From assembly GCA_963826715.1 (NCBI GenBank), contig CAWGYA010000002.1, positions 1 to 64,000 of the forward strand: a DNA stretch of 64,000 nt. The letters run 5' to 3'. The stretch is from Candidatus Bathyarchaeota archaeon. GTDB lineage: Archaea > Thermoproteota > Bathyarchaeia > Bathyarchaeales > Bathycorpusculaceae. Made by a program: the position numbers and the translations under genes. Shown here one piece after another: positions 10,241 to 20,512 of the stretch (within the stretch, counting starts at the first letter, position 1; each line of letters begins with the position of its first letter). A model generated the notes under the pieces. It saw nothing but the letters and a program-made list of their open reading frames with translations. It was not told the DNA's origin and did not search any database.

Positions 10241-12199
10241 TTATTCAACCTGTATATTTCTGGGAATATGTAAGCTAAATGTCGAGCCTCTGCCCTCTTT
10301 GCTTTCAAAACTCACCGAACCACCCAACGACTCAACTATCCTTTTAGCAACCACCAACCCAAAACCTTGACCCTTACTCTTTGTCGTAAACAAGGGTGTA
10401 AACAACTTACTTTTCAACGAGTTAGGTACGCCTACACCTGTATCCTTAACAGCGATAACCAAATCGTCAGCGTCTTCATAAGCATGAATATAAAGTTCTC
10501 CCCCGTTCGGCATAGCCTGAATAGCATTAGAAATCAAATTGCCCAGCGCCCTCTTCAAGAAAAACCCATCGGACTGAGCTGCCTTGACAGCCTGTTCTAC
10601 TTGAGATGAAGCGTGAATATTATCGGGAAACGTTGCCTTAAGTAGCAACTCTTCAATAAGCTCGTCCAAATCCACCTCACTAATCGAAGGATTGAGTGGT
10701 CTGACAAAGTCTTGAAGATCAGCAACAATTTTATTGATGTAATCAGCATTCATATTAATCTCGCGAAGGCTATTCATCAAACTCTGCCTTGTTTCGCTAT
10801 CAGGCAGTGAAGTCAAATCAGACTCGGCTATGTAGACTTCACTAATTATAGCTTGCAACGGATTACGTATGTCATGCCCAACCATTCCAGCTGTTGCACC
10901 AATAGCAGCTAGACGCTCTGCGGCGCGCAACGAATTCGTTTGCTCTTCAACAAGTCCTTTCAGATTCGTAGCATATTCTTCAAGCTTTTCTTGCATTTCT
11001 CTACGCTCTGTTACATCAAGAACAAACGACAAAACCGAAGTCAACTTTCCATCAGGGTCATAGAGCGCAGAGTTATACCATTCACAATATATGACAGCCC
11101 CATCTTTTCGGTAATTGCGATTTGAACTAACGCTTCTGGGGAATTTCCCCCTAAAAATGTCTATTGATAATTGCTGAACTAATTCAACATCATCATCATA
11201 AACCCAAGGCATCTCAGCAATAGCTTTCCCTAGAATTTCGTCTTTTGACCAACCAAAAATTCGCTGGGCTTCATCAGACCAACGTATGACGCGATATTGC
11301 GGGTCAAATTCAATAATAGCTTCAGGTGCATTTTTCATATGAGCCTCCAATCGCTGTTTAGCCTGACGAAGTCCTTCCTCAGCCTTTTTACGTTCAGAAA
11401 TATCCTCGATAGTGGCGATGGCCATAACTGTTTTTTTGTCCGGTCCATATATTGGATTACTTATTGTTTGCCCCCAAAATATCTGCCCATCTTTGCGTAT
11501 ATATCGCTTTTCAATTTTATAATAGTCTCTCTTTCCCGCAACTACTTCTTCGACTAGGCTCCATTCTTTTTTTGCATCTATTGGATGCGTGAATTCCGAG
11601 AAAACTTTGTCGCAGAGTTCTTTTTCACTATAACCTAGCATCCGTTGGAACGCGCCGTTGCATTTGATTAGGTGAGCCGTTGGGTCGGCTATTGCGATGC
11701 CAAGTACTGTTTTTTCAAAAACTGCACGGAAACGTTCTTCACTTTGCCTAAGTGTCTCTTCCATTTTTTTGTGTTCGGTTATATCCCTTATTATTATGCT
11801 TGTTTTGACTGTGTCTTCGACATCGGTGAAGAGGCGGGAGGACACCTCTGCATTAAAAATTGAGCCGTCTTTGCGTTTTAAGGTTAGTTCAGCTTTTGCT
11901 TTGCCCTCACATTCTCGTTGGTTAAGTGCTGCTTTGGCTTTCTCGTCCAGCACAACCACACCTTCTCGCCCAACCTTTTTGAGCTCGGCCTCAGTCATGC
12001 CAAACATGTCGCATGCTGCTGGATTGGCGAAAAGAATGCTGCCATCGGGCTTGGTTAACAATAGTGGGTCAAAACTGTTTTCAAATAAAGAATAAAAAAG
12101 GTCGTCTTTCGGGTTAAGTTGAGTTTTTTTATCATCTTGCGGCTGTTCTGTTTCTTCATGTGGACTAATTAGTTGTTTGGATTTTGGAAAAGCCGTCAA
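10241..12199 (-). CDS. Multi-PAS sensor histidine kinase
   Basis: Three PAS/PAC repeats, GHDIRNPL H-box, N/G1/F/G2 boxes. Confidence 0.95.
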   Translation of the reverse strand: MTAFPKSKQLISPHEETEQPQDDKKTQLNPKDDLFYSLFENSFDPLLLTKPDGSILFANPAACDMFGMTEAELKKVGREGVVVLDEKAKAALNQRECEGKAKAELTLKRKDGSIFNAEVSSRLFTDVEDTVKTSIIIRDITEHKKMEETLRQSEERFRAVFEKTVLGIAIADPTAHLIKCNGAFQRMLGYSEKELCDKVFSEFTHPIDAKKEWSLVEEVVAGKRDYYKIEKRYIRKDGQIFWGQTISNPIYGPDKKTVMAIATIEDISERKKAEEGLRQAKQRLEAHMKNAPEAIIEFDPQYRVIRWSDEAQRIFGWSKDEILGKAIAEMPWVYDDDVELVQQLSIDIFRGKFPRSVSSNRNYRKDGAVIYCEWYNSALYDPDGKLTSVLSFVLDVTERREMQEKLEEYATNLKGLVEEQTNSLRAAERLAAIGATAGMVGHDIRNPLQAIISEVYIAESDLTSLPDSETRQSLMNSLREINMNADYINKIVADLQDFVRPLNPSISEVDLDELIEELLLKATFPDNIHASSQVEQAVKAAQSDGFFLKRALGNLISNAIQAMPNGGELYIHAYEDADDLVIAVKDTGVGVPNSLKSKLFTPLFTTKSKGQGFGLVVAKRIVESLGGSVSFESKEGRGSTFSLHIPRNIQVE

Positions 12200-12634
12200 T
12201 GCCAGTAACTCATACTCTTTACGAGTTAAATATTATATAAATTTTATCAAATTTATGCGCTGTCTTTTTTGTAAGGCGCCAAAATCTGCCGGAAAACGAA
12301 GCGCGTACTTTCTAGACTCAGTGTCAACAAGTATCTTTGACTCCCAACTTGCCTAATAATCCATTGATCGCTATTATTTCAAAAGTTTTTTTTCTCAGCA
12401 ACCCCCCAACAATATCTTTAGGAATTTTATCCAATCTACGCCGTTTATGTTAGTTCTTCAGTTGATTTCTGGACTATCTTTGATGAGTTCGCTGTGATAG
12501 ATTTTGCCCAGCTTATTATGCTTTTTAAGACTAAGGGTTCAACGTTTCTACGTATCTTGCTAACGTAGCTTATTTGGCTCGAATTCTTTGGTTCAAATTT
12601 CAGCAGATGATCAATGTTGGGAAACAATAATAAT

Positions 12635-13394
12635 TTAGCACTTTTGTTTTTTTGACTTCTCCAAGGCGTCTCTGAGAGCAATCGCGTTTGAAAAATGAAC
12701 CTGAAAATCTTTTTCTCCCTGCACAATCAACACAGGGCACCTCACTTTCTCAATTGTCTGCAAGGGGTCGTGCATAAAATGCTCACGGTACCATTTGGCA
12801 TAGACTTTGTGACCTCCAACCTCTATGTATTCGTCACCACGTTTAACATCCTCGATAAATTTCTTAGTTACTTCAACTGGATCTGGTGAATCTTTAATCT
12901 TCATTTTTTCTTTTTGTTCTTTCGTCAGGGTTTTGAGCAATTCTTTAGTGGACTTTGCTGCATCATTATCTCGTCTAGCTTTTGGCTTGTTCCGGCACAA
13001 ATCACAAGCGCAGCGATAGCAGAATCTTCCCCGCACAGAACAGGCCCAATTATTCCTCCTTCACTATATGCCCCAGTACGATTATTCTTGAAGGATCAAC
13101 TTCTTTTCTGCTCCGCAAGAATCTGATCGCAGCTTGTACATCAGAAACGAAATCTCTGAATCCAGCAGTTTTATAATCTCCTCCACTTTTGCCGATTCCT
13201 CGCTTGTCGTAGCGCAGTACTGCAAAACCCTCTTTTACAAAATAATTGGACATTTCATTAAACACATTAAGCTTGTATTGACTGATTTTTAAATTGAAGA
13301 CTTTCAATGATTGTGCAAGATTCTCTTTTTCGTTTGGAGATAAAAGTGTAAAATCTGGGTTCTCATCTCTGTCGGTTGGTCCCGATCCATGCAC
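12635..13394 (-). pseudogene. Alpha/beta hydrolase, fragmented
   Basis: HGSGPTDRDEN, LRYDKRG, IVLGH then frameshift; PVLIVQGEKDFQV; further remnant down to ~12450. Confidence 0.8.
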
Positions 13395-14055
13395 TTAAAT
13401 ATATTCGTATTAATCGAAATCAGAGCCGTGCAAGTAATAAGTAAATCTTCCCAGATGTTCTTCTATTAGATTTTTTTGCCGTTTCTATGATTCTTAGCAG
13501 CTTCAGTTCAGTTTTCAACTCCCTTATTCATGCCACCAGGGCAAAAAAGCCGCGGCATAACAGGGCACATTAATTGCAGATCGAGAGTAGATACTAAATG
13601 GGGAACCTACGAAGCACAGAAAAAAACAAAAACGCTATCGTAGGCGTGATGCAAATTTTACAAAAATGCGCCTATTCAGCTATTTTGAGCAAAGGGACTC
13701 ATACCGTGTAGGGATAAGCCCGATACGGTTCAGACTTAGACAGAACAACTATGGCTTTGATCCAATTGGGTATGCAACTGGGCGGAATTGTTCTCTTATA
13801 GTTAATAAGGGTGATGCTTCAGTTCAAGTTCAACACATTAAAATTAGGCTAATTCAAAGAATCTATGTTTAGGGACACGACTCATTCGGGGTAAAGTCCA
13901 ATAGAGATTCAAATGGATTCAGGCTCAAATCCAAGAATAATCTTAACTATTTGGGCCACATACTTTTCAAATAAAAAGCTAAATCGCGGAGATTCCAAAT
14001 CTAAAAAAAATTTTCTCAATTACTCTTTTATGCTGGTTTACCTTGTTGTTGTCTG

Positions 14056-14529
14056 ATGGCTATAAAGAGAAAATTCATAGTTGTTGCTGCAATCTCGCTA
14101 ATTGCTATTTCATTAGCAGCCGGAATATTATATGCATGTTTAGAAGTAGATCGAGAAGAAGAAATCAACTTGTTCACTTATCCCCTTTCAGTTGGGAATA
14201 AAACCTTCATTGTAACTGTTAAAACTAATTGGGATACAGAACGCGCGCCATCAGTTACCCTGCTTACTGTTTCTGATATTAATCGGCATTCTATAGAGCT
14301 TTACTTTCTTGGAGGCAGCAAAAAAACTATCTCTTATAATATCACAATTCCAACTGATTTGCTTTGGGGAAATATCTCGCTGGTCAAGAAATACTACCTG
14401 CAAGACCCTGACCGCTACACTCTGAGCAATAATGGCACTCACAACTCATTGCAGATGACCTTTGAGTATGAACCCCACTTCTCAGGAATCGGGTATTTTG
14501 AAATTATAGGAACAGAAGGAGCATGGTAA
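14056..14529 (+). CDS. Membrane-anchored hypothetical protein
   Basis: N-terminal TM segment, beta-rich domain. Confidence 0.65.
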   Translation: MAIKRKFIVVAAISLIAISLAAGILYACLEVDREEEINLFTYPLSVGNKTFIVTVKTNWDTERAPSVTLLTVSDINRHSIELYFLGGSKKTISYNITIPTDLLWGNISLVKKYYLQDPDRYTLSNNGTHNSLQMTFEYEPHFSGIGYFEIIGTEGAW

Positions 14530-14550
14530 GTCTCAATCTTTTCTTGGTCC

Positions 14551-14586
14551 TCGAGAATCCTGGGTTCAAATCCCGCCCGACTCACC
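14551..14586 (+). repeat. tRNA 3'-half relic of a different tRNA type
   Basis: ctgggttcaaatcccgcccgactcacc: GGTTCAAATCC T-loop plus acceptor-like strand. Confidence 0.65.
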
Positions 14587-14607
14587 CTGTTTTTTGGATA
14601 ATGTTGT

Positions 14608-14810
14608 AACGACGGTTTAAACGACGGTGTCAAGCTAGCCCTCGGCACCAAATAACCTTAATTTACAGATATTTTCCAATATTGGGCATAAATTACAACA
14701 TTATATGCGCTCTGCAAAGAGTGTAATGAGATACGAAAGAAGGAACGTTTCTACTCATAGACTTTCTCGGAAAAGCGAAATAATGGTTGAAGCAAACAAT
14801 ACTGCTTAAC
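14608..14810 (+). repeat. Composite repeat: tRNA 3' relic + block A + block B
   Basis: Matches 15453-15495, 4585-4693 and 8431-8500 in succession. Confidence 0.85.
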
Positions 14811-14868
14811 AAATGGAGGCAGCAGGTTGAGTTCCGGGGACATGGGCCTCCAGATATTTTTTTAAATG

Positions 14869-15138
14869 TTAGAGCATTTTTGAGAAGTCATCGTACACTT
14901 TGCTTCTATGGCCGACAAAAAGTATGACTACTTGGTTTTTGTTTTGGTCTATTTCATAGATGATGCGGTAGTCGCCTACTCGTAGACTCCAGAAATCTGA
15001 TTGTTTTAGGGTTTTTCCTGTTTTTTCGGGGTTTTTACGTAGTTGTTTTGCGCTCTCGATTATTCTGGTTCGGATGTGTTTTTCAGTTTTTTGGAGTTCT
15101 TTTGCTGCTTTAGGATGCAGAAGTACCTTGAAAGTCAC
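14869..15138 (-). CDS. RelE/ParE-family toxin
   Basis: FKVLLHPKAAKEL...WSLRVGDYRIIY...VGHRSKVY; GTG start at 15138 overlaps the antitoxin stop. Confidence 0.9.
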   Translation of the reverse strand: MTFKVLLHPKAAKELQKTEKHIRTRIIESAKQLRKNPEKTGKTLKQSDFWSLRVGDYRIIYEIDQNKNQVVILFVGHRSKVYDDFSKML

Positions 15139-15374
15139 TCTATTTCCTCTATAGGGATGAGGGATTCTGGGTGTTGTTTTGCTTCTTCGCTTCTTTCCAT
15201 GAGTGTGTTGAAGAAGTTGCATGTTTTTTCGCGTTCTTGGTAGTAAGTGATGATTGATTTTATGGCGTCGCTTCGATTTTTGAAGCGACCTTCAGCTACC
15301 CATCCATCTATTTCCTCGAGGGTTTTTTGTGGAAGCCGCAGTTGTACTTGAGCCAAATATGTCGCCGTAAACAT
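15135..15374 (-). CDS. Ribbon-helix-helix antitoxin
   Basis: VQLRLP...IDGWVAEGRFKNRSDAIK; coupled to the toxin gene. Confidence 0.85.
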   Translation of the reverse strand: MFTATYLAQVQLRLPQKTLEEIDGWVAEGRFKNRSDAIKSIITYYQEREKTCNFFNTLMERSEEAKQHPESLIPIEEIE

Positions 15375-15452
15375 TACTGTTTACAACTCACTTAAACGTT
15401 TCTTAAAACGCCATCCGAGTCCCGACCCACTCGGTCTTATGGATGATGGAGC

Positions 15453-15495
15453 AACAACGGTTTAAACGACGATGCCAAGCTATCCCTCGGTACCA
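15453..15495 (+). repeat. tRNA 3'-end relic with upstream flank shared with 14608-14650
   Basis: aacaacggtttaaacgacgatgccaagctatccctcggtacca vs aacgacggtttaaacgacggtgtcaagctagccctcggcacca. Confidence 0.85.
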
Positions 15496-15715
15496 CCATG
15501 ATAACTTTGGATAAACAAACGACACTTTTTCGGTGTGATCATAAACATTCGACATTTTTCATTTCCGTTTCTTAAATAACTTAATTTCATTATTTTCTCT
15601 ACTACTGTAATGCACATCAAAGCTTTCTTCGATTAACGCTTTGGCTTCTGTAGGTGATAGATTGAAAAATTAAAATACAACTTGATCCACCTGAATTTAG
15701 GAAGGAAAATAAATC

Positions 15716-17503
15716 TTGAAGGCTCCAACAAGTATTGGGTTAGTAACGGTAGTATTCATTTTTTCAGCTTTGTTTTGTGGATTAGCAATTGAACCGGTGA
15801 ACGCTACTAACATGCTTTTTTCTGAAACCCAAATAACTTCCAACAGTGCAGCCCAACAAAATCCAGATATCTGCGAGCACGGACCTTACAATTACACCAT
15901 AGTATGGCAAGATAATCGGAACGGCAACTGGGACATTTACATGTATGCTCCTTACGTGAACATGTGGAGCCCAGAAATTCGCTTAACTACTAGTCCAAGT
16001 AACGAAATTAACCCCAAGATCTACAATAACACCATAGTTTACCAAAGTGATCGGAACGACAACTGGGACATTTACATGTACAACTTAACCTCAAAGGTTG
16101 AAACCCAAATCACCAACAACACAGCCAACCAAGAGTTCCCTGCAGTTTACGGCAACATAATAGTGTGGCAAGATGCTAGAACCGAAGTGGTGACAGTTGA
16201 TTACAATAATTATCACCAATACTACTATCCCTGGCGCATTTACATGTATAACTTAACAGCGCAAACTGAACAACTTGCATTCTCTGAATATTGGAACGTG
16301 CGCGATGATTATAGTCCTGCTATTTATGGGGACCTCGTAGTCTTTGTAGCGCGCGTTAAGCAAGATATTTCGGATGTAAGGTATTGGGTATTTAGTCAGA
16401 ACATTTCAAGTGGCGTTAACCAAATAATCGCGGTTCGTAGCAATTATTCGCCCCCGGTCCATGAAGAAGGTCAACTATCCTACCCTGCAATTTATGGCAA
16501 CAAAATAGCCTTTATGGCAACGCCCTCGCGCGACGCCAAAGAAAGTGACGGCAGGTGGGAAGTCAACATGATAGACTTATCCACAGGCGCCGACTACATC
16601 ACAACGAATGCCGTTTATGATGGTAACCCTGACATCTACGTAAGATCCTATGACGTCCGCTACACATATTTAGTCTATGAACGCACTTCACCGTATCCAG
16701 CAACAAACAATAATCTCTACTTATTTGACGGTCCATCTCAGACAGAATTCAGGGTTACAAATAGCAACGCTACCCAGAGCCGACCAGTAATATCCGCTGA
16801 ATATAGCGATTACATAGTTTATATGGATAACAGAAATGGAAATTGGGACATCTATCTGACTGGCTTTGGCTATGGTCTTGGAGCAACAGGTCCAAATGCG
16901 CAATCTACAGATAGCACTTCACCTGAGGAAACTGCCGGTTCAGGCAATCAAGATCTAACGATTATAACGATAATAGCAGTCGTCGCCGTCGTAGCAATCG
17001 GTGCTTCAGTCTTGGTGGCTACTAGACTCAATAGTCCTAAAAATCAATCATCTATTTCATTATCTTCATCAAAGTTTAACAAAAAAATTCTTGCGATTAT
17101 AAGTGTAGTTTTAGCAATTATTATTGTCTCGGGTGTCTTGATTTCAATTTTGCCCTCATTTCACCTAAATGTTGAAAATAGTGTTCAAGGAACTATTAAC
17201 CAACCAGATGTTCAAATAACTAGCACAAACCTTAGAGCAGCTCCCGCGGAAGAGCATTTAGCATATGTTGATGTTGGTTTATACAATGCTGGAGCGGAAG
17301 GAACAATAATAGTTTCTGCAACAATTAGCGACGGCACAGATCAATATACAGGAAACCAATCGCTTTCCATTAGAGGAGAAGAATCCCTGAATTTGACTTT
17401 TACCTTCTCTGAAATCAGTTTTTCTAATTTAAGTGAAGTTCACGCGTATACTTGGGTCTCAACTCCAGAAACTGACTCAGACAAATATCATGTTATGTCT
17501 TAG
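15716..17503 (+). CDS. Cell-surface beta-propeller repeat protein with two C-proximal TMs and an extra domain
   Basis: Signal peptide; repeated IVWQDNRNGNWDIYMY units. Confidence 0.85.
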   Translation: MKAPTSIGLVTVVFIFSALFCGLAIEPVNATNMLFSETQITSNSAAQQNPDICEHGPYNYTIVWQDNRNGNWDIYMYAPYVNMWSPEIRLTTSPSNEINPKIYNNTIVYQSDRNDNWDIYMYNLTSKVETQITNNTANQEFPAVYGNIIVWQDARTEVVTVDYNNYHQYYYPWRIYMYNLTAQTEQLAFSEYWNVRDDYSPAIYGDLVVFVARVKQDISDVRYWVFSQNISSGVNQIIAVRSNYSPPVHEEGQLSYPAIYGNKIAFMATPSRDAKESDGRWEVNMIDLSTGADYITTNAVYDGNPDIYVRSYDVRYTYLVYERTSPYPATNNNLYLFDGPSQTEFRVTNSNATQSRPVISAEYSDYIVYMDNRNGNWDIYLTGFGYGLGATGPNAQSTDSTSPEETAGSGNQDLTIITIIAVVAVVAIGASVLVATRLNSPKNQSSISLSSSKFNKKILAIISVVLAIIIVSGVLISILPSFHLNVENSVQGTINQPDVQITSTNLRAAPAEEHLAYVDVGLYNAGAEGTIIVSATISDGTDQYTGNQSLSIRGEESLNLTFTFSEISFSNLSEVHAYTWVSTPETDSDKYHVMS

Positions 17504-17712
17504 GCCTATACCAACTTTAAAAAGACTATGTTTCATTAGCGTCTTTAACCACGACAAAAATGATGTGAAGTACCCAACGACAAGGGTATATTAGTTTACT
17601 GAAACCCAATATAAGCCGTTTTTTAGTGATATTTCCAAAATTTTGGTCCTTGTATTTTGCATGGGTTAAAAAAGAAAAGAGAAGTTTTCGGGTGATGTCA
17701 ACCATTTGTTTT

Positions 17713-17738
17713 GGTTTCAAACCCTGTCCTCGGCACCA
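17713..17738 (+). repeat. Degenerate tRNA 3'-end fragment (att-like relic)
   Basis: ggtttcaaaccctgtcctcggcacca; upstream gggtgatgtcaacc resembles gggtgatatcacc at ~4549. Confidence 0.75.
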
Positions 17739-17959
17739 CTAATTTTCACTTTAATTTGAAGATTTTGGAGACTTTTTCTTAAACTTAGATTCATAAAAAA
17801 TTAAGGGTCCTTTTTATACAGTGGTCGCTGCATACTTTTTAACAGTGTCATCTAAGAAAATCTCTCAGCTACTTTTTACTTGAAACTCCACTCACACTAA
17901 AATGTTAAAGATTTTAAAAAGATATATAGAATAACTGAATAAAAAACCATAGATTAAAA

Positions 17960-18721
17960 ATGAGAGTAGGACTTTTTGGATTTGGACGGTCAGGTAAAGC
18001 AGTTGCAACCGTGTTATTGCAAACTGAAGAAGTTTACCTATGCTGGGTTATTAGGAAATCTAAAGGTTTACAGCATCGTTCGGTTTCGGAGTTCCTTGGT
18101 ATCAATCAAGACATGCAGGGTGATGAAGGATTAATATTTTCGAAAAATGAATGGACGCCAGAAACCTTATTTGACACACATCCTGTAGATGTTGTAATTG
18201 ATTTTTCGTCTACTGATGCGGTATTATCTTATGGAGAGGAAGCAGCTAAAAGAGGCATAGCTATAGTAACTGCGATATCTGCTTACCCTGAGCAAACACT
18301 TGCTTTTCTAAAAAAATTGTCTCGAAAAACAAGAGTGCTTTGGTCACCAAATATTACAGTCGGGATCAATTTCTTAATGTTGGCAGCAAAAATCCTCAAA
18401 ACTATTGCCCCTTATACGGATATTGAATTAATTGAAGAACATTTCAAAAACAAAAAAGAAGTATCTGGTACAGCAATAAAAATCTCAGAGACTCTATCGT
18501 TAGAAAACTCGAATATTAAATCAGTGCGAGTCGGAGGTATTGTTGGCCGTCATGAAATTATCTTTGGGTTCCCTTATCAAACTGTGCGTTTAATTCATGA
18601 ATCTATTCAAAGAGAAGCATTTGGCAATGGTGCTTTGTTTGCCGCTAAGAACTTAATGAACCAGAAAAAAGGATTTTATTCAATGGAGAACTTGTTATTG
18701 CCATATTTCAATTTGACCTAA
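17960..18721 (+). CDS. dapB: DapB-like 4-hydroxy-tetrahydrodipicolinate reductase
   Basis: GFGRSG, VVIDFS, SPNITVG, EEHFKNK..SGTA, RVGGIVGRHEIIF. Confidence 0.8.
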   Translation: MRVGLFGFGRSGKAVATVLLQTEEVYLCWVIRKSKGLQHRSVSEFLGINQDMQGDEGLIFSKNEWTPETLFDTHPVDVVIDFSSTDAVLSYGEEAAKRGIAIVTAISAYPEQTLAFLKKLSRKTRVLWSPNITVGINFLMLAAKILKTIAPYTDIELIEEHFKNKKEVSGTAIKISETLSLENSNIKSVRVGGIVGRHEIIFGFPYQTVRLIHESIQREAFGNGALFAAKNLMNQKKGFYSMENLLLPYFNLT

Positions 18722-18931
18722 CCAATTTTTTTTAATTTGAATTAAGACCATTACTTTAACAAATAATGTAAATTTTTCCTGCTACTGTTCATAAAATAAT
18801 TTTAACATTCTGTTATCAAAAATGCTCTAAATTCTTCATTTTTATATTCACGTTAAATAGCGAGATCAAAAAATAGGGGAACAGCTATTATTGTGCCTTC
18901 TAGGTTTTGTTTTAGCGGTTTTAAATTCTTC

Positions 18932-19171
18932 TTAGTCAACGATATTTGGGCTTTTTTCCTCTTCTATAAAAGCTTCCCACTTCAACCGTTCACTTGCTAT
19001 TTCTAGGGGACAGATTACTTTTGCAATTCCATCGATGACCCCTTCGTTGCTGCCGTGTCTGCAGACCAAATGTCCACCGTCGTTTATGCGTATGTCGCAG
19101 GGTTGGTGATCAAAGCAGAGGCACTCTATCTCCATTGTAGGCTTGGTTAACAAGCATGATAATTCAGTCAC
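18932..19171 (-). CDS. Small Cys/His-rich hypothetical protein
   Basis: ORF with CxC..H..C..CxH..CP. Confidence 0.45.
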   Translation of the reverse strand: MTELSCLLTKPTMEIECLCFDHQPCDIRINDGGHLVCRHGSNEGVIDGIAKVICPLEIASERLKWEAFIEEEKSPNIVD

Positions 19172-19361
19172 TTGTCATCTTACCTGCAATCTATATTTTA
19201 TCAGAAAATGCTTATAACAATTTGCTTTATCCCTCGTGTAAATACATTTGGCTGCGAGTCGCGTGAAAAGTTCGTATTTTATAGTTAATCTTTTTGCATA
19301 ATTTTCGAATTTATTTTCTAAACTGATTCATGCTAATTCTTGAGGGGGTGCTAAAAATTGC

Positions 19362-19553
19362 TTAAAGAGTTATTCTATCAATCCGTCTTAGCAATAGGTT
19401 TGCTATACCTGCTACAACCAAATCAGCGAATACCCAAACGATGAAGTTGATATAGCCTAATATTGCTAGTACGGTAAATACTATAAGCAGTGTAATTGCC
19501 ACAGCGCCAACAACTCTTTTCTTATTTCTAACGTTTTCAGGCATTTTGGACAT
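19362..19553 (-). CDS. Small 2-TM membrane protein
   Basis: Two hydrophobic helices with basic flanks. Confidence 0.6.
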   Translation of the reverse strand: MSKMPENVRNKKRVVGAVAITLLIVFTVLAILGYINFIVWVFADLVVAGIANLLLRRIDRITL

Positions 19554-19692
19554 GTTTTTCTCGTTTAGTTTTTATGACTTTGTAGTTTAAAAACACACAC
19601 TGCATTTTAGGCTAAACCATGCTGTAAAGGTTAACGTGGTTTAGCCACATGACTTATTATGTGCGTTTAGTAAAAAGTAAAAGGGGACTGTT

Positions 19693-19956
19693 TTGAACCG
19701 TGAGAAAGCTATCGATCTCATAAAGGAAATGCTTCTTTGTTGTTCGGCTCTTGATGGAAGCAGTTTTGAATTGACACCACTTGCCGCGTCATTAGATCGT
19801 TACCAAATTATTATAATAGGCGTCCTTGACGAAAAAACAAAACAACAGTTACAAAATCTCGTTGCTATGCACAATTACTGTCTTCAAATAGGTCACGTCT
19901 GGAAAACCAAACGCACATTAAACAAGAACGCTCCTGACACTCATATAATTTACTAA
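19693..19956 (+). CDS. Hypothetical protein
   Basis: ORF preceded by GGGGA. Confidence 0.5.
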   Translation: MNREKAIDLIKEMLLCCSALDGSSFELTPLAASLDRYQIIIIGVLDEKTKQQLQNLVAMHNYCLQIGHVWKTKRTLNKNAPDTHIIY

Positions 19957-20008
19957 CCCAAAACGTGGGGTATTGAGATTAGGTTGCAGCCCTGAAAAAA
20001 TTTTGGGC

Positions 20009-20137
20009 TTAACGTTTTTTGCCCTTTGGCGGAAGCTGTTGAAGCATAGCTTTCTTCTTGGCTTTTTTTTCTCTTTCCATTTGTTCTTTTTGTTTATTCT
20101 GAGTGTTTTTTGCTTTTCGTCTTGCTACACTTGGCAT
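20009..20137 (-). CDS. 42-aa highly basic microprotein
   Basis: MPSVARRKAKNTQNKQKEQMEREKKAKKKAMLQQLPPKGKKR; GTGA upstream; below the ORF-track cutoff. Confidence 0.55.
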   Translation of the reverse strand: MPSVARRKAKNTQNKQKEQMEREKKAKKKAMLQQLPPKGKKR

Positions 20138-20512
20138 GAAATCACAATCAAGGTTATAAAATAACACACCAGTTAAAACATTTTTCGTATTCGCATCCTA
20201 TATTTGGGGTATCAGGTACATCTGTTACTTTATCAACTTCTAGAAAACCTTTTTTCATAAATATTCTCTCAATAACTAAATTAATGCCGCCAGTATTTTG
20301 GGCGGAAATAAAATTAATTTCTTTACTCAAATAAGTTAGAAAACGTTGCCAAAAATTTAATTCGTCAATGTTTAACAAAACCTTAATGCAAGGGTACATT
20401 ATCGTGATCTTAACCCATATTTTGGAGTTGTTGAACTAATTTTATGTCTCCAGAACCATGATTATACTTAAATTTATTAAGCCCTATATCAAATTTAGTT
20501 GGAGGCTTTATC

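Noticed and set aside
4568-17738. Functional tRNA genes or a CRISPR array
   Set aside because: No 5' halves or anticodon arms, degenerate T-arms, irregular kb-scale spacing, and no cas genes.
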